Of a DNA stretch of 64,000 nucleotides, positions 10,401 to 25,400 are shown in pieces. How positions within the stretch are numbered: position 1 is the first letter of the stretch; each line of letters begins with the position of its first letter. The stretch is from Ascidiella aspersa. Lineage: Eukaryota. The position numbers and the translations under genes were made by a program. The notes under the pieces are model-generated. The model saw only the letters and a program-made list of their open reading frames with translations, did no database searches and was not told the origin of the DNA. The DNA is taken from assembly GCA_963924565.1 (NCBI GenBank), contig OZ004610.1, positions 19,654,001 through 19,718,000 of the forward strand, read 5' to 3'.

Positions 10401-13400
10401 TCAACGAATATTTGGCAATAATATCCTGTTTGAATCTGATGCACATGCATTGTACCTGCGCAAATGCCTCAAACCATTTTTTTCATCCGAAAATGTATAT
10501 AAGGACACCATAAATAGGTAATTTTTTGTGATGTATACTTAATATTTAAACTTCTTTATTCAAATTTTGCATTTAATGGACTTAAATAAATTGCAGTTTA
10601 GTATTAAATTGCTATGAAAATCTTAGTTTATTTTATATTTAAGGATTCTTGATCCATTTATTCAATCTCTCAACGCTAGGTGAGTTGTTGTTTTACTGCC
10701 TTTTAGGTGTAATTTTGGGTAAAATTTTAATGCCACATTTTTGGTAAGAATTATATGCTGAGGATATTTTGTTTTTCATAGTATTCAATACTGTTTTACA
10801 TATCACCCTAACCAGTAGTCTTTATTTTAAAAGCAATCTCATTTGCACTACCAAGTGTTTCATTACCTATGGATGACAAAACAAAATTCGATGGCATTTT
10901 AATTTGTTTGGGTTGCCGACTCCGGTGGTTTACTTCTCTAAATTTTGAACTTACTAATGCTGTTTTCGTATCTGTGTTTTGTTCACTGTAAGTTTAGTAA
11001 AAATTGTTGGGTAGCTAATAGGGATGTTTAAAGTAGAATATTGAATCCTTGTATTCGAATCCAAATGGGATTTGCATCCATTTCTACCGTTTATTTTGGG
11101 TAGTTGGAACCGATATAATTTTTTGTTTTACTGCCAATGTTTTCTGCTAATTGAACATGTTATGCTACTCACGATTTGATAAACCGATAACCTTCGCCTA
11201 ATAAATAGGTGTCCATCAAGTGTTATGGGGCGAGCGACTAACAGGTAATGCCAGGTGCGGAGTTCCGCAATTTCCTTAACTGCAAAAACTAGCAGAAGTA
11301 AAAATCCATGGTAAAGCATGTTGGCCGGCAAAAAAGGGCTACAACCTGGGCATGTATTACAGTTTACACAACTGCTTCAAATAACAGTTGTTAAATAGGT
11401 TAAATATTTGTTGAATTATTATTTGGTATTACAATATTGTTTTGCGATTTATTACTGTGACTGGGGGCCCTTTAAGGTAGTCTACATTAAAATTAATATC
11501 TTCACAAACAAAATCGAGGTTAAATAATTTAATAAAAACATATCAGGATTCAATATTCTGGATTTGTTATTCTAGAATTGAAACCTAAAGTTCTAGAATC
11601 CCCTGGGATTCTACTTTAAACATCCATAGTAGCAAAAGCGTTGCTGTATTAGTCTTAATATTTGGGTATCTGAGAAAATAAAGCTCTATTGTTTTTAACT
11701 GTGCTATTTTTTACATGATTTTGACATTACTTGATTTTGTAGAACTGATGCAGTGCCTGTCTATGAAGAGACTAAACACATGATGACTAGACTTAGTATT
11801 GAGGTATTCCTTGGATTAGATGCCACTACATCTGATGACATTTTTCAGACAATTAGTGAATTGGCTACAACCCATTGGCATGGTAATAAACAATTATTTT
11901 TGTGAGGTAATTTTTTATTTTTTCTATTCCAGTTCGTATAAACCAGGCCTGTACAATATATGCCAGCAGGTAACCTTTTAATACGGCCTGCAAGCATTCC
12001 ACAATGTAATAACATTTTTTGGTGTATAATTTGTAATTGAATAAGTGTGGACTTAGTTTTGTGTTGATCACACATAATTACTATAGTGAATAGTTTAGTC
12101 ATGCATTCATTTGTTAAATTGACCAGGATATGATAGTATAGTGAGATTATTTCATAGGTAGGCAAACTTTTAGCTTGTAAGTCTCATTTCCAAATTCAGT
12201 AGATTTTAGCGTTTTTACCATGCCGTAGTACATGGAATATTCTACTGTGGGGTCACATTAATTTTTTTTTTTTTAAAGATCCATTTCGTACATGGAATAT
12301 TCTATTGTGGGGTCACATTAATTATTTCTTTTTGAATTTTTTTTTTTGAATTTTTTTTAAAGATCCATTTCACAAAAAAGCTCCTGGTTGTTTGTTTTCA
12401 CACATAAACAGATAGGTAGGAACATTCTGGACTACAATTGGCAGGAATTCTGAAAGTTAATTTTAAAACATAGTCAACTTTGATCATAGAGTTGTTGTGT
12501 GTTTGCAGTTCACATTGAATGGTCTTCAGTACTCCTATATTGACTTCAAAAAGCAATTTTCGGTAGTCACAAGTCCAGTAAAATAGACAAAAGATAAGTA
12601 TGACATTGGCATTGGCAGGGACATATTAAGGGGTTACCAGGCCATATTCCTTTCCCTAAATTATATTTTTGTCTGTTTTAACTATGTTCATGCTAAAAAA
12701 TTTTGTGCTTATTTCAACTTTAAACCAGTTACACTATGTTAGTGTTTCTGTGTTTAGCAAATCTATTCAGTCCAAATATGCATACTATGGCATGCTACGC
12801 TGTGTGCCTATGACCTCGGCAAACAATTTCCATTATATTAGACTACAAATGTTGTTATTTTGAACAATATGTCAACCTCTTTTATGTACCAGTACCTAAT
12901 GCATTACGTTTGCTTTTAAATTAAAACTAATTTTCGCTTTGCACAATTAAACTGGTTTTCAGCTGCATGTTTGCACATGAGTTTGCTCAAACACATCTAA
13001 ACTATGGAACAGTGTCGAGTAAGAAAATCAGCCTTGTGCACCCGCAGGTTGTACTTTCGCATCCCCCTTATATTTGTTAATATCACAAAAGTTCGGTGCA
13101 ACTCTGAGATCCCATTAAGTGCCTTTTTTATCAAAAAATATTGTAGAAATCAATATACCTATTATTGTAGAATATCTTAGGATTCTATTTAAACATCCCT
13201 ACACACAAGTTGTTTTTAAATCATTAAAAAACATTAGTGAAAATTGAAAAAGGTTTGTGTGTTGCCTTGCTCTTACTGTATTGGCCAAAAATTCTTTTTT
13301 TAATAAAGTTAGTTGTTTTTGGGTTTAAGTACCCCTAATCACAGCCCTAATAATATATTACCACATTTTTACTGATGTACTTACATAACTAAAGTCACAA

Positions 13401-16400
13401 ACCAATGTACCCTCTAATTTTTTATCAATTGCGCAAAAGTCAAATTAGAGTGCAAGTGCCAAAAAGTGACCAAATAGGATATGCGCAAAACCTTAACTTG
13501 CAAATCCTATAACGTTGTTCCCACACGCAAACAAATAATAATTATTTAGAACTTGTTTTTTATTAACTCTTAAATATAAACTAATTATTTTTGGCTTGCT
13601 TTGTCCATCGAATGGATGTTTTCATTGTAAGGGAGAGAACAAGCAATATGTGCGGGAGGGCACAAAAAGTGTCGCAATAATCTTATTTAATTTCTCCTAG
13701 ACATAAAAATGAATCTCTTTGTAGAATTGTGCTCGCTTAAAATGCACTTATTTGGTAGTTGGTGTGGCAGCCTTACTTAAGTGGCGCGCAGTGTAACTGC
13801 CCAATGGCCAATCAATTATCGCTTGTAGTAAAGCGCTTTTAGCAAGTAAGCAATTTAAACTTTTAAACGGTTTACGGATTTTTCTTATTGCATTGTATAC
13901 TGTTTTACCAAAACAATGAGTCTAAAAATTTAATTTTTAGAAAGTTTCAACTTTTTAAGCATTAAAAAACAGCATAAAAGGGTATTTTTTCAAAGAAATG
14001 CTTATCGCAGATAATTCCAATAATTTTGTTTAAAAAAGTTTGAAGCTATTATGACGCAAAGTTTTTTTATATAAAGCAAGTACTTTTCTTTAACAAAAAT
14101 CATACAAAGCTAAACACAGAGACTTTGGGCTAAAATATATCTCCAAATTAGGACAAAAAAAAAACGTGTAGCACAAAAAATTCCAGTTACTGAGAACCAT
14201 GGCCAGGTGCTGTGGCGTATCCAGGGGGGGGGGGGGAGTTTGGGGGTTCGGACCCCCCCCCCTCCCCCTCTCCTTTCGTAAGTGACATTATTGTTTTTTG
14301 TTCGTTTTTGTCAGGGTTTAACTCACCGTCCGAAGCTGCATGTTTTTAAATGTAATAGGGTCACGCGCCTTAAGCTAATACGAAACCAAAATCAAACGCA
14401 AAACGCCGTTTTTCGTCTTTTGTTTGGTGGCCGTAAACGCTAGATAGTTTTCTCTTCTTTCGTTATTCGTTCGGGTTGGCTGATCAGCAAGTGTGTGTTC
14501 GACAATTAATAATAATAAATCAAGCAGTTTCCGCTTTTTCTCTCTGAAAACGTCAAGTTAGACTGATGTTTCTCGCTGTTTGTTGTCCGCGTTAATATTA
14601 GATGTTGGTGTAAGACTGGGGTCGGCAACCTACGGGCTGAGGGCCGATGTAATTCATAGGGCCCGTCGCCTCTTTGACAAACTATACACGAGTCTAATTC
14701 AAATACTTTTTGACTATTTTAACCACGTAAATGCGAAAAATTACCAAGTGTGTCGCGAACAAACGGAAAACGTATTAAAAATATTGGATATATATTTTTT
14801 AACATTTTTTATTTTCGGCAATCTAATAAAGACTTGCAAAAAATTTAAAAGAAATGTCGGTATACCAAAAAAAAACGCGCTAGATTCGCTAGCCAGGTGT
14901 GCCCTCACTTAAAAAGGTTATGAAACACTGAACTAGATTAACTAACTATTAAATTTATCGCGTTTCTTTGAAGTAGTTTTATATGCCGCGCTAATCGAAA
15001 AACACCCGGGAAAACGATCTTCGTTTAGTATTGCAGGTGGCGAGAGACGTGCTTGTAATTTAGCGTAGTCCCGTACATGGATCTACCAAAATCAATCACA
15101 TTTATTTCACGGTCTTGTTTTCATTTTTCTTCTAAAGTTAACGATTGCACGCTAAGCAGTTTCACAGCTGGCGCCTGGCAAGTGTCGATAATGCACTTGT
15201 TCGCTTAGCGTCGTCTCATTTGCTGGACGTTAATTTGCTGTTTCTGATTATTTTTTCTTATTTATGACGTCATTACCATCTTTATTTTTATGACGTCATA
15301 TCCGTCACTATTTTATGACGTCATTAACGTCAGCCGAAAAAAACGGGGAATTCCCTTAGGTGAAAATTTGGGACCCCCCCCTTTTTGAATTTCTGGATAC
15401 GCCCCTGGCCTGGTGTCTAACCTCTATCAACAAATTAGATCCCCGTCAACTGTTCCACCTTGTTCCGACAAACTAAGCCCAAGTCAGCCGTAAAAGATGC
15501 AAATAGGAGTTAAATGAGCAGATAGACACCGTAAACTATTCAAAATTATTAGCTAAAAAACTGGCTAATCACAAAATCACAAACCAAATTTCGCAGTTAC
15601 TAAACAACACAATATGTAATTTCAATGTATAGCATAAGACACCGAATATAGGCAGAAATCACACCAAGCGTAACAGTAACCATAAAAATTACAGCACAAA
15701 ATATAAAATATTGTAACAGTACTTGCTATGCCCTATGAATTGACAGGCGCTTTATTTAGGGTAAGCACCTCCCCCGGTTAAGAATCACTGTTATAAGGTA
15801 TTACTTATATTATCTGCGGCAAACAACATAGGGACGACCAGAAAAAAAAAATTTATATATATATATTATAAATGTTCATAAAAAATAAACACATACACGA
15901 AAAGAACACGGCTTGTGTAACACATATTGCTCAAAGAAAACTAATTAGGGCACTTTTTTGGTCATAGATAGATAGATAGATTTTATTTTTTTGCAACCGA
16001 AACAACTAGAACGCAATACAAATTTACCAAAAAAAAATTACAGTTGTTTGTTCCAGGATGCAGCGAAAGACTGTAAGGTACATCGAGTCAACTGCACCCT
16101 GTTTGTACAAAAGGTTCATTCGAAAAAACAAAAAACATTTACCCAACACACAAGTTAGTGATACATTGGAAACACAAGAAATATAAGATAACAACGAAAA
16201 GTCATTAACGACAACGCAAGTTTACTGCCTGAAATGACGTTAACACAGTGATATATTTACAGCTTAAATAAAAAATACTACAAATACTGAGATTGACGCA
16301 AAAATCATTTAGAATAACAGCAAACACGGCGTTTTTTTCCTAGAAACACAAATAAGGGAAACACAGAGATATATGGGCATTTAAACATAAGATTTATATT

Positions 16401-19400
16401 CTTACACATAACAAAAGAGAATGAAAGAAAAACATCAACAATAACAACAACAAAACGACGAAAACGCAGTAAAACACAAAAATACAATTACTCATACCAC
16501 AAATTCAAGGAGATTAAGGCAAAAACTCATTCACAATAGCAGCCAAAAACTCAATTTTATAGCGGAAACACAAATGACGGAAAAAACACGGAGATATACG
16601 AATGTTTAACAGAAGAATAATATTCTTACACATAAGAAAAGCTCGAAGAGATTGACAGGAAACACTTTGACAATAACTGAAAAAAAGCGACGAAACGCAG
16701 TGCAAAACAATAATAACATTACTCAAGAAAAAATTCAAGAAAATTGACGCAAAATCTTTCACAATAACAACCAAATGGCATTTTTAATACAATGACGAAA
16801 ATGCAGAGATATATGAACACTTAAACATAAGAATAATATTCTTACATATCAAATAAATATTCCTTACACTACAAAAAGCTTGACGATATTAAATGGGGAA
16901 GCCTCACCAATAACATCAATTTTTTTGTCACCGCAGACAACGGAAACACAGTGAAAAAAAACAAAAAAAACAGACAACAACAATGCATTCACCCATACCA
17001 AAGTTTAAAAATATTTAACGTAAAAAAGCATCACAAAAATAATATAACTAGCCAAAGTATATTCTATAAATAAATGAAGCAAGACAAAATATTTACTACA
17101 CTGTATAAATATATGAAACAAGACGAATTAGAATGAGTCGAAAAACTATATAACTTCTTAGCACATAGTAGTATTAAACACCTCACATGGTTTTAAATTT
17201 ATGTATATTCCGACTCTCGTTTAAAATTTAGTAATTGTTTCCATTTGTTTAACCAACCGTGACCTTTTTTTCTCACTGTACAGCTGATTTGCTCAGGGTT
17301 TGTTTTGATTCCGTTTGTTTACAATTATAATTTAACCCACATGGTATGTTAGAAAACATATTTCTTTGACCTTTTTCACAAACAACTTAAATGGTAGTTT
17401 TTTTGTTTCTAATTTGAGATCTTCCCAGTATTTTGATCCCAAATACGCTAAGGTTTTTTGTCCAGAATTTGTATGAGCGCAAAATCTGTAAAAATTTTGA
17501 TTTTCTTTTAAGCCCCGTTTACACTACAGCTGCACTGAGCGGAGCTGAGCTGCACTGGGCGTGGAATTGTTTTCACTACAGCTGCAGTGAGCTGCGCTGG
17601 GCGTAAAAATCGCGACAAAACGTAATGTTTTTCTATAGCTGCACTGGGCTTGAGTTTAGCAAAGCGTGGAAATCACTCCAAAGCGTATTTTTTTCCAGCT
17701 GCACGGGGCTTGAGTTTAGCAAAGCGTGAAACGCTCGCCACAATAGAATTTAAATGCAAATTACGCCCAGCGCAGCTCAGTGCAGCTGTAGTGTAAACGG
17801 GCCTTTAGTCTTGTTTCATATAAATGGATATTTTCTAGTGGAGCCATATAGTTTTCAAATATTTCAGGTAATTTGTTATTTTTAAACCTATGTACTGTTT
17901 TTAAAATCTCTAGTTTGTAAATATCTTTGAGTTTTAGAATTGTATGGTGTTCATAAAGGGGTAGTAACCTTGTTTTAAAAGGGGAGTTACTGATTATCTT
18001 TATTGCCCTATTTTGAAGCACTTCTAAGTGTCTAAGTGCTGATGGGTATGCCCTACCCCAGCTTAAAATACAGTATTGTAAATGTGTGTTAACAAGGCTA
18101 TAATAAAGTAGATGCAATGCATGTTTGTCTAGGTAATATTTCATTTTCGATATTAAACCAATTGCTTTTGAAACTTTTTGTTCAATCATTTTAATATGAG
18201 GTAGCCATGTTAAATTTTCATCAAAATAAAGACCTAAATATTTAGTTTTACCTACTTGTTTAAGGTGGTTTTGTTGTATCATTAGGCTTACCTTATATTC
18301 TGGGAAACGTTTAGCCTTAATTATCATAAAATTCGTTTTGGCATAATTTATGGATAACTTATTTGCTCTAAACCATTCATCTATATGTTCTAGGTTAGCT
18401 TGGATTATATCTTGTAAGGTACCTATATTACTATGTGAGGCATAAAGTACGGTGTCATCTGCATATAGTCTACAATTCACATCAATATTGGACGGAAGGT
18501 CGTTTATATAAATTTGAAAGAGAAGTGGCGCTAGTAAACATCCCTGTGGGATACCACATACAGGCATCGCTGGGCCAGAGATTGTGTTTCCAATTTTGTG
18601 AAATGATTTCTACCTACTAGAAATGTTTCTATAAGTTTTAAAGGAGGGCCTCTGACACCATAATGATATAGTTTTTGTAAGAGAATGGAAGTGTCTATGG
18701 TGTCAAAGGCCTTAGCCAGGTCCAGGAAAACAATACAGCTGTGTTTGTGTCTATCCTTACTCTGTAGTAAATCTGTAGTAAATCTTCATATAATCCTGCC
18801 GTTGCCAGTGAAGTTGAATGGCCCTTCCTAAATCCATGTTGATAATTAGTTATAGTTTTATGTTTTTTAAAGAATTTTTGTAATTGATAGTTTATAATTT
18901 TTTCAAAGATTTTTCCAAAAATTGATGTTACTGATATGGGTCTATAATCATAAACTGTTACTGGACAATTAATTTTGGGTATAGGTGTAATATGTGAATT
19001 CTTCAGGCAATCTGGAAACTTAGAGTTTAGTATACAACTATTGTATAGATTTGTAAGTATTGGCTCTAATAAAACATACGTAGTATACGTAGCTCTAATA
19101 AAACTAATTTGGGCACTTTTTTTCCGCATGTAGCTCAAATAAAACTAATTTAGCCACTTTTTGTTCTGTACGTAGCTCGAATAAAACTAATTTGGGCACT
19201 TGTTTGGTCCTATTTAGCTCAAATAAAACTAATTCGTTACTTTTTTGGTTGTACATACGTAGCTCATATAAAACTCATTTGGCCACTTTTTTATCCGTAC
19301 GTAGCTTGAATAAAACTAACTTGGGCAGTTTAATGTCCGTACGTAGCTCAAATAAAACTAATTTGGCCACTTTTTTGTCAATACGTAGCTCTAATAAAAC

Positions 19401-22400
19401 TAATTTAGGCAGTTTTTTGGTCCTAAATAGTTCGGATAAAAAAAATAAAAGAACACTGGTCACAACTAAATTTGGACCTAGTAAGTAAAAAAAAGTATAT
19501 TTTACCAATAACAGTATATGAATAAAACAGTTCAAATTTGGGCATAAATAGGAAGAATAAAAACTTATAAGATAATGGTGTATGTGTAGTCCCTCAAACA
19601 CCTAAAATAATAACAACTATTTGATCACAGGTATAATATCAGTACCATTAAGCTTTAATATTCCAATGGCCCGACAATCTTCCTTCAGCCAAGCAATTGA
19701 TGCAAAAGAAAGGTTGCTGCAGGTTATAAGAGAAGCGCTTTCCAAATCAAAAAGTGAAGAAACTCAAAAAGGTCAACATTTTTTTTCTATATTTCATATA
19801 ATTTTTTTAAACAATATAATCTAGATACCAATATGGTATTATTTCAAATAATACTTGACTTTGTTCTCTAATTTTTACCATATGCCTAAAATTTTGCACA
19901 TGGGCATCAGGTGCAAAGTGCACAATTTATCAAATGTAATAGTGCCAAAATGGGCTCATCGGCGACCTTTTTCGTTTCACTTTCTTTTGTTCTGCTAACC
20001 TTTATTTTCAGTCTGCTAAAGCGCAGCGGCAGACCACAGCTTTTAGGCCATCTATTTTCATAACAATTTAGACATAACATATTTTTATTTATTTGGCGAC
20101 TGAGGATTAGGAAAATGCAATTAGTGTGCAATTTTCACTTTGAAAAACTGTAATAAAGATATGCCATGCCAGTTGCACAATGTGCTGAACTCGCAAAATA
20201 CGGCCTGCCAATGTAAAACATACAGCCTGCAACCTTTTTACAACTGGCAAGAAGGCCATTTCGCCACAAGGCATTCGTCATATATTTTTTCTGTATTTAA
20301 CCAACTTCGAATATTTTAATGAATTTAACAGCTTGGTCTTATTTTAATTTAATTTATTTTCAATTGTAAACTAAAAATTGTCAGTTAAAATTTAATACGG
20401 GGCCCACCGAGACATTTTAGGTTTCGAATTGACATGCATCTGCAAAAAGGTTGCCGAACTCTGATGTGGGTCATGCTTATAGGCTGATAAGAATTCTGCC
20501 AGAGTGAAACTTCTTCTTCTGGTAAGATCTGCATCAACCTATTAACTGAGCGTGAAATAGACAGAACTGCAGACCTGTTTTTTCCTACTTTGATATGCCA
20601 TTTTACACACTGCTTCGTATGACATAATAATTCCCAAATCTATAAACATGCTGTGATGCTCTGCCAAGTAATCGATTTTGAGAGACAAAATACATTGATT
20701 CAAAGATAAAACACAGTAGCTAAAACTTGGTTTCCCGAGTACTGTTATGTTTCTTTTGTGATTACTACCAAGTAAGCATTTTGTACTGATTTCGAAAAAA
20801 CGCCCTGCAAAATTTCAAAAAAACACCCTGGAAATTCATGTTGGGCAGTTTTCTTAGGCGCCTAAATGAAAAGCCTGATATATATTTTGATCGGAAGCTT
20901 TACCCGATGTAGTATCAGCATTCCTCTGATCCAGAGTAGTATTGGCGCCAGTCTGATACCAACTGACTTGGTATTTCTAACCATGGTTAGCGTTAAAATG
21001 CAGTAATTTTAGCCTTTAAAGGATATTAGGTAAAACTCGCTTTGCCATGGACAAGTAAACAATAAACTTGTCTGATTAGCAAGTGTGTATTCAACAATTG
21101 ACAACACTAAGTCAAGCCTACTTCCTTTTTTTCTTGCTAAATTCGTGGAGTTAGGCGCAGCTGAGATTTCTTGCTGTTCGCTGTCTTTGCTAGTATCTGA
21201 TGTTGGTGTAACAATGGAATTTAACTGAAACAGATGCTCTTCAAAGGTGATCTAACTGTGACTTCATGCAGGTGGCAAAAGACTAGCTTGTAGTTTCGCG
21301 TAGTCCTGTACATGGAGCTTAACTGATAGTTGAATTATGATGCTACCAAAATGAATCCCACATATTTCACGGTCTTGTTTTGTTGGCCTGAAGTTTCAGA
21401 TCGTACAATAAGCGGTTTCAAAACTTGCACCTGGTAGGAGTGTTAACGTTGCGCGGGTTAGTTTTGCGTCTAAAGGTTTGCTTTTGCTGAAGGTTAATGG
21501 GCATTTTCTGATTTTTTTTGTATTTATGACATCTTTAGACGGAAAATAGGGGAATTGCCGTGGAAAAGTGGAAGATTGGGTAGGACCCTCCCCTATTTTA
21601 GATTCCTGATTACATATTCAATTTAAACCTCTTCAACTGTATTATTAACCCTAATACTGGACACAGCCAGACTCTGTGACACTTTAAACCAGACTTAAGT
21701 TGATCAGCAGAGGTCTGATCATTTTTTTATTAAATAATTGTAGGCAATTAAAGGTAAAATGCAATACAAGAAGCACAACATTTTTGCGTGTCAAGCAATC
21801 CTAGTCTTGAAATGAATGGAAGTACTGACAAAAGCAGAGTGTTACAATCTCCAGCAGTGTTTTCACATCACTCGCAATATATTCACATCACTCGCAATAT
21901 AATTTGGTTGAATGTCAGTTGCAATCACCTAATTTATGATTAGGAAGTTTGCAAAATATGGCATTTATTGCAGGGGTTTGGCAATTTGCATTTTAAAACA
22001 CGATAGGATTTTTCTCATGTTGTATGCAATTTGTCCTGGGATTATGTGTGTACTTGAATATCACACAATTTTCATAAAAACTACCACACAGGTTGTATCA
22101 TAAACATACTTTGATTAAACAACAGAAAACTTTTTTTAACATCATAGGTCACAGGTCGTATTTCTTATTATGGGGGAGCATGTAGTTACCCATCCAGACA
22201 CAATGAGCAGCCAAACAGACTAGGTAGGCTAGATGTTTTCCGATCACAAAAACTCATCACATGACCTGTATTTTGAAGACCTACGTGTACCACAGGTTAG
22301 GATACCTCGTCCGAAAGCCTTATCGGATTTCAAATTACTACTGCGCATGCACAAGTTGAACTCGGACTTTGGTAGCTTTACATGGTCTTACTAGAGTCAT

Positions 22401-25400
22401 GAGTCTGACTACAGCAATGAAAACGATTCCGTTTAGATTCGACTGTCACTCTGCAGCCCTGGTTGCTAATATTACCCATTATAAATGGCAAAATTGGATT
22501 CAAATCTAATCTAAGGATCTGATATTCTTCTTTGAACTTCTATAATTAAGATTTAAACTATATTTCCAAATTTTTTATCAAATTGCATTTATTTGCTGAA
22601 TAAGCATTTTGCTTAGTTTTATAAACCTGTTTGCTCGTGAACGCATCGTCCTTAAAAGCAAAAAAATTATTCAACCACTTTGCAAATTTTAGTATTACCA
22701 AATAAGGTTTGCATGCCAAGGATGATCTGTAAAAACAATATGCAGTCATGCAATGGAGCATACTTATCACAGTTTCTCATTTAAAATCATGCATTTTTTC
22801 ATTACCAGGATATTTTTTTAATATTGAGAAAACAAGTTGCTTTAAAATATAAATTTATGGCATTTTATTTTCTATTATGACTGTAGTGTTCTAATTATTT
22901 TTGATTATGTGTGGTTAATGTTTTGATCAGGGCAGGAAAGTCTACTCCAAGAAATGATAAAAGTCCAATTTCCAGATGATAAAGACCTAGAACAGCATAT
23001 ATTACTGTTTCTTTCGGCACTGATTCCCAAGGCATTTGCATCTATTGTCACATCTTTTCTACTTGCAATGTCAGGTGATGAAAAGGTATATCATTGAAAG
23101 AATAGTTGTATGTACTGTAATATATAAATAGGGGTATGTACTGTTTTTGTGTATGTGAATTAATCAAGAAAACCTTGTTTGCACATAAATATGTTTTTTA
23201 TCCAATAAAACCCCTTCTTTCTATGCTATAAGGCAGGGTGTGCATCGCGCGGATCTTTTTTTGAAACTATACCAACTATAGGAAACTAACCCTAAAAATA
23301 TTCCCCTTGACAATATATATATATATACCTCACGCAACTCTGTCTAGTTTTGTTTGTTATCGTCTTTTCATAAAACCATTGATGTCATTTGAACCATTGA
23401 TGTCATTTGACCTATGCAACCACTCAAGTTTTTGGAATAAAATAACTGCGAAAACATCCGCTTGTGGCCAGTTATGTTTCAGTTTGGCTCTTGAAAAAAG
23501 CAACTTTTTCTTTGTGTTTTTGAATTTAAAAAAATGTTTAACAACCCTATCGTCACATTCCAAGAAAGAAGTAAAGCGGGATTTTTAATTTCAAACATGT
23601 TATTGAGCAATTCAAACATGTTGAATACAACAGATTGGACCATTATATACGGATCTGTTCATTAGTTTAATGATGAAAATAACGGCCCAAATAGACGTTA
23701 AAAGCGACATGCTTTATTTTCAAACGTTTTGGCAATTTCTAATGCCATCATCAGTGATATGAAGGCCACATCGGTTGCACCCGTTTATACACACTTTGGT
23801 CGCACCAGGAAATGATAAGAATGATAAAAAGTGCGAAACAAGCGTCGCAAAAAGATAGATAAAAAGGTGCGCAGCAAAAACGAGGAGCGAGGTGTAAAGC
23901 CACCTGCCACCGATGTGGCCTTCATATCACTGATAATGGCATTAGAAATTGCCGAAACGTTTGAAAATAAAGCATGTCGCTTTTAACGTCTATTTGGGCC
24001 GTTATTTTCATCATACAACAAACGTTTTTTAGACATTTAGATACAGTTAACTACTGAAGATAAGTGTTTTAATTTAAAAAATAGATCTTAATCTCACAAA
24101 TATAGACCATTTTGCTTTTGGTATTTCATTAATACTTGTAGCTTTTGGTATTTCATTAATAGTTTTTTTTTTTAGAAGGAAATGAGAGAACGAGCGAGGA
24201 TGAATGATTCATTTCTTGATAATGTTCTGCTGGAGGTACAGAGGTTATGGCCTCCCTTATTTGGTGGACGCCGGATCGCAAAAACAGACTGTTCTCTTGC
24301 ACAGTTCAAGATACCAAAAGTAATTTTATCCTAAAAAATGAATAACAGTCTTTAAGTTTTTTAGACTCAATTCAAGTTAAATATTTGCACATAAGTACGC
24401 CGAACACAGCAGGTTTCTTTAGTCTACTTGGATTATGACGTCATCTCTAAAAACGCATATTAACGCAAACCAAAAAAACTAGGGGTAATTTTCCTATTTT
24501 ATTGCATTAGGGCAGGGATGACAAACCTTTTAGCATAAAACTTAAAAAAAAATTGAGTTTACGTGCCGTATCATGCCATGGTACGATACCTTTGGGCTGA
24601 CATTTCCTTAAAACCACAATAAGAAAAACACATCTTGCTTAACAATGATGGTTGCACAAGTGTTCGATGTGCGACATTAGACTCGATAATAGTCTCACAA
24701 AAAATATGAGATGAGGCCTACATCTAATACTGCGCGTTCTACACGTTTTGATGATATTCTTCAGGGCAAATTAACTTGTAACCTTGCAGAAAGGTATACA
24801 GTGAAGAAAAACGACGAAAAACCAAGGTGGCAAAACAAGGCTGGAATAACGTGAGAACGCGATAACCGGCTCCAGCCTTCTAATGGCTACTGCACAAAAA
24901 TTGATAAGAAGGTGCAAGAAATGTGTCTTGCTTAACGTTCATGGTGCTTTCATGATTGTATGTATCGCCCAGGATTCTAGGAAGACACGGCGGTGGTAAT
25001 CTCCTTCTGGAGTTACAATAGAAGCACATTCAAAGTCGATGTCATGACGTTGCTTTGTCGCGTGACTGGCCAAAGCAGATTTCGACGTTTCAAGCATTCA
25101 ACTTTTTTTTTTATTATTATTAATAAAATAAATAACGAAAAAACGAGCAAGAAAAACAAATCAAAATAGTGAAGCTCTCAAGCAGCTAACGACCATTTAC
25201 TTTTGTGTTTTGTCATACTTCCTCTTTTTAAAGTCGAATATCGCTCGGAAGTTCGCACAGAAGATAACATCATAAGAAAGCGTAACATAGTCGGGACAGC
25301 TTCGGCATATTTACATTGATAAATAACATATAGCGCGCATAAAAGGACACAATTCACAAATGTTTTGCACGGTTCATTTTTGTGCACTCCAAAGAGTAAT

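Noticed and set aside
17761-17804. C-terminus ARLHYSCTELRWA of ORF 17761-18567 as a LINE domain
   Set aside because: It is read-through into the Harbinger MITE TIR.
19085-19440. CRISPR-like regular repeats, and ORFs 19192-19488 / 19275-19601
   Set aside because: Units are contiguous with no unique spacers, the context is eukaryotic and there are no cas genes. The ORFs are translations of the minisatellite.
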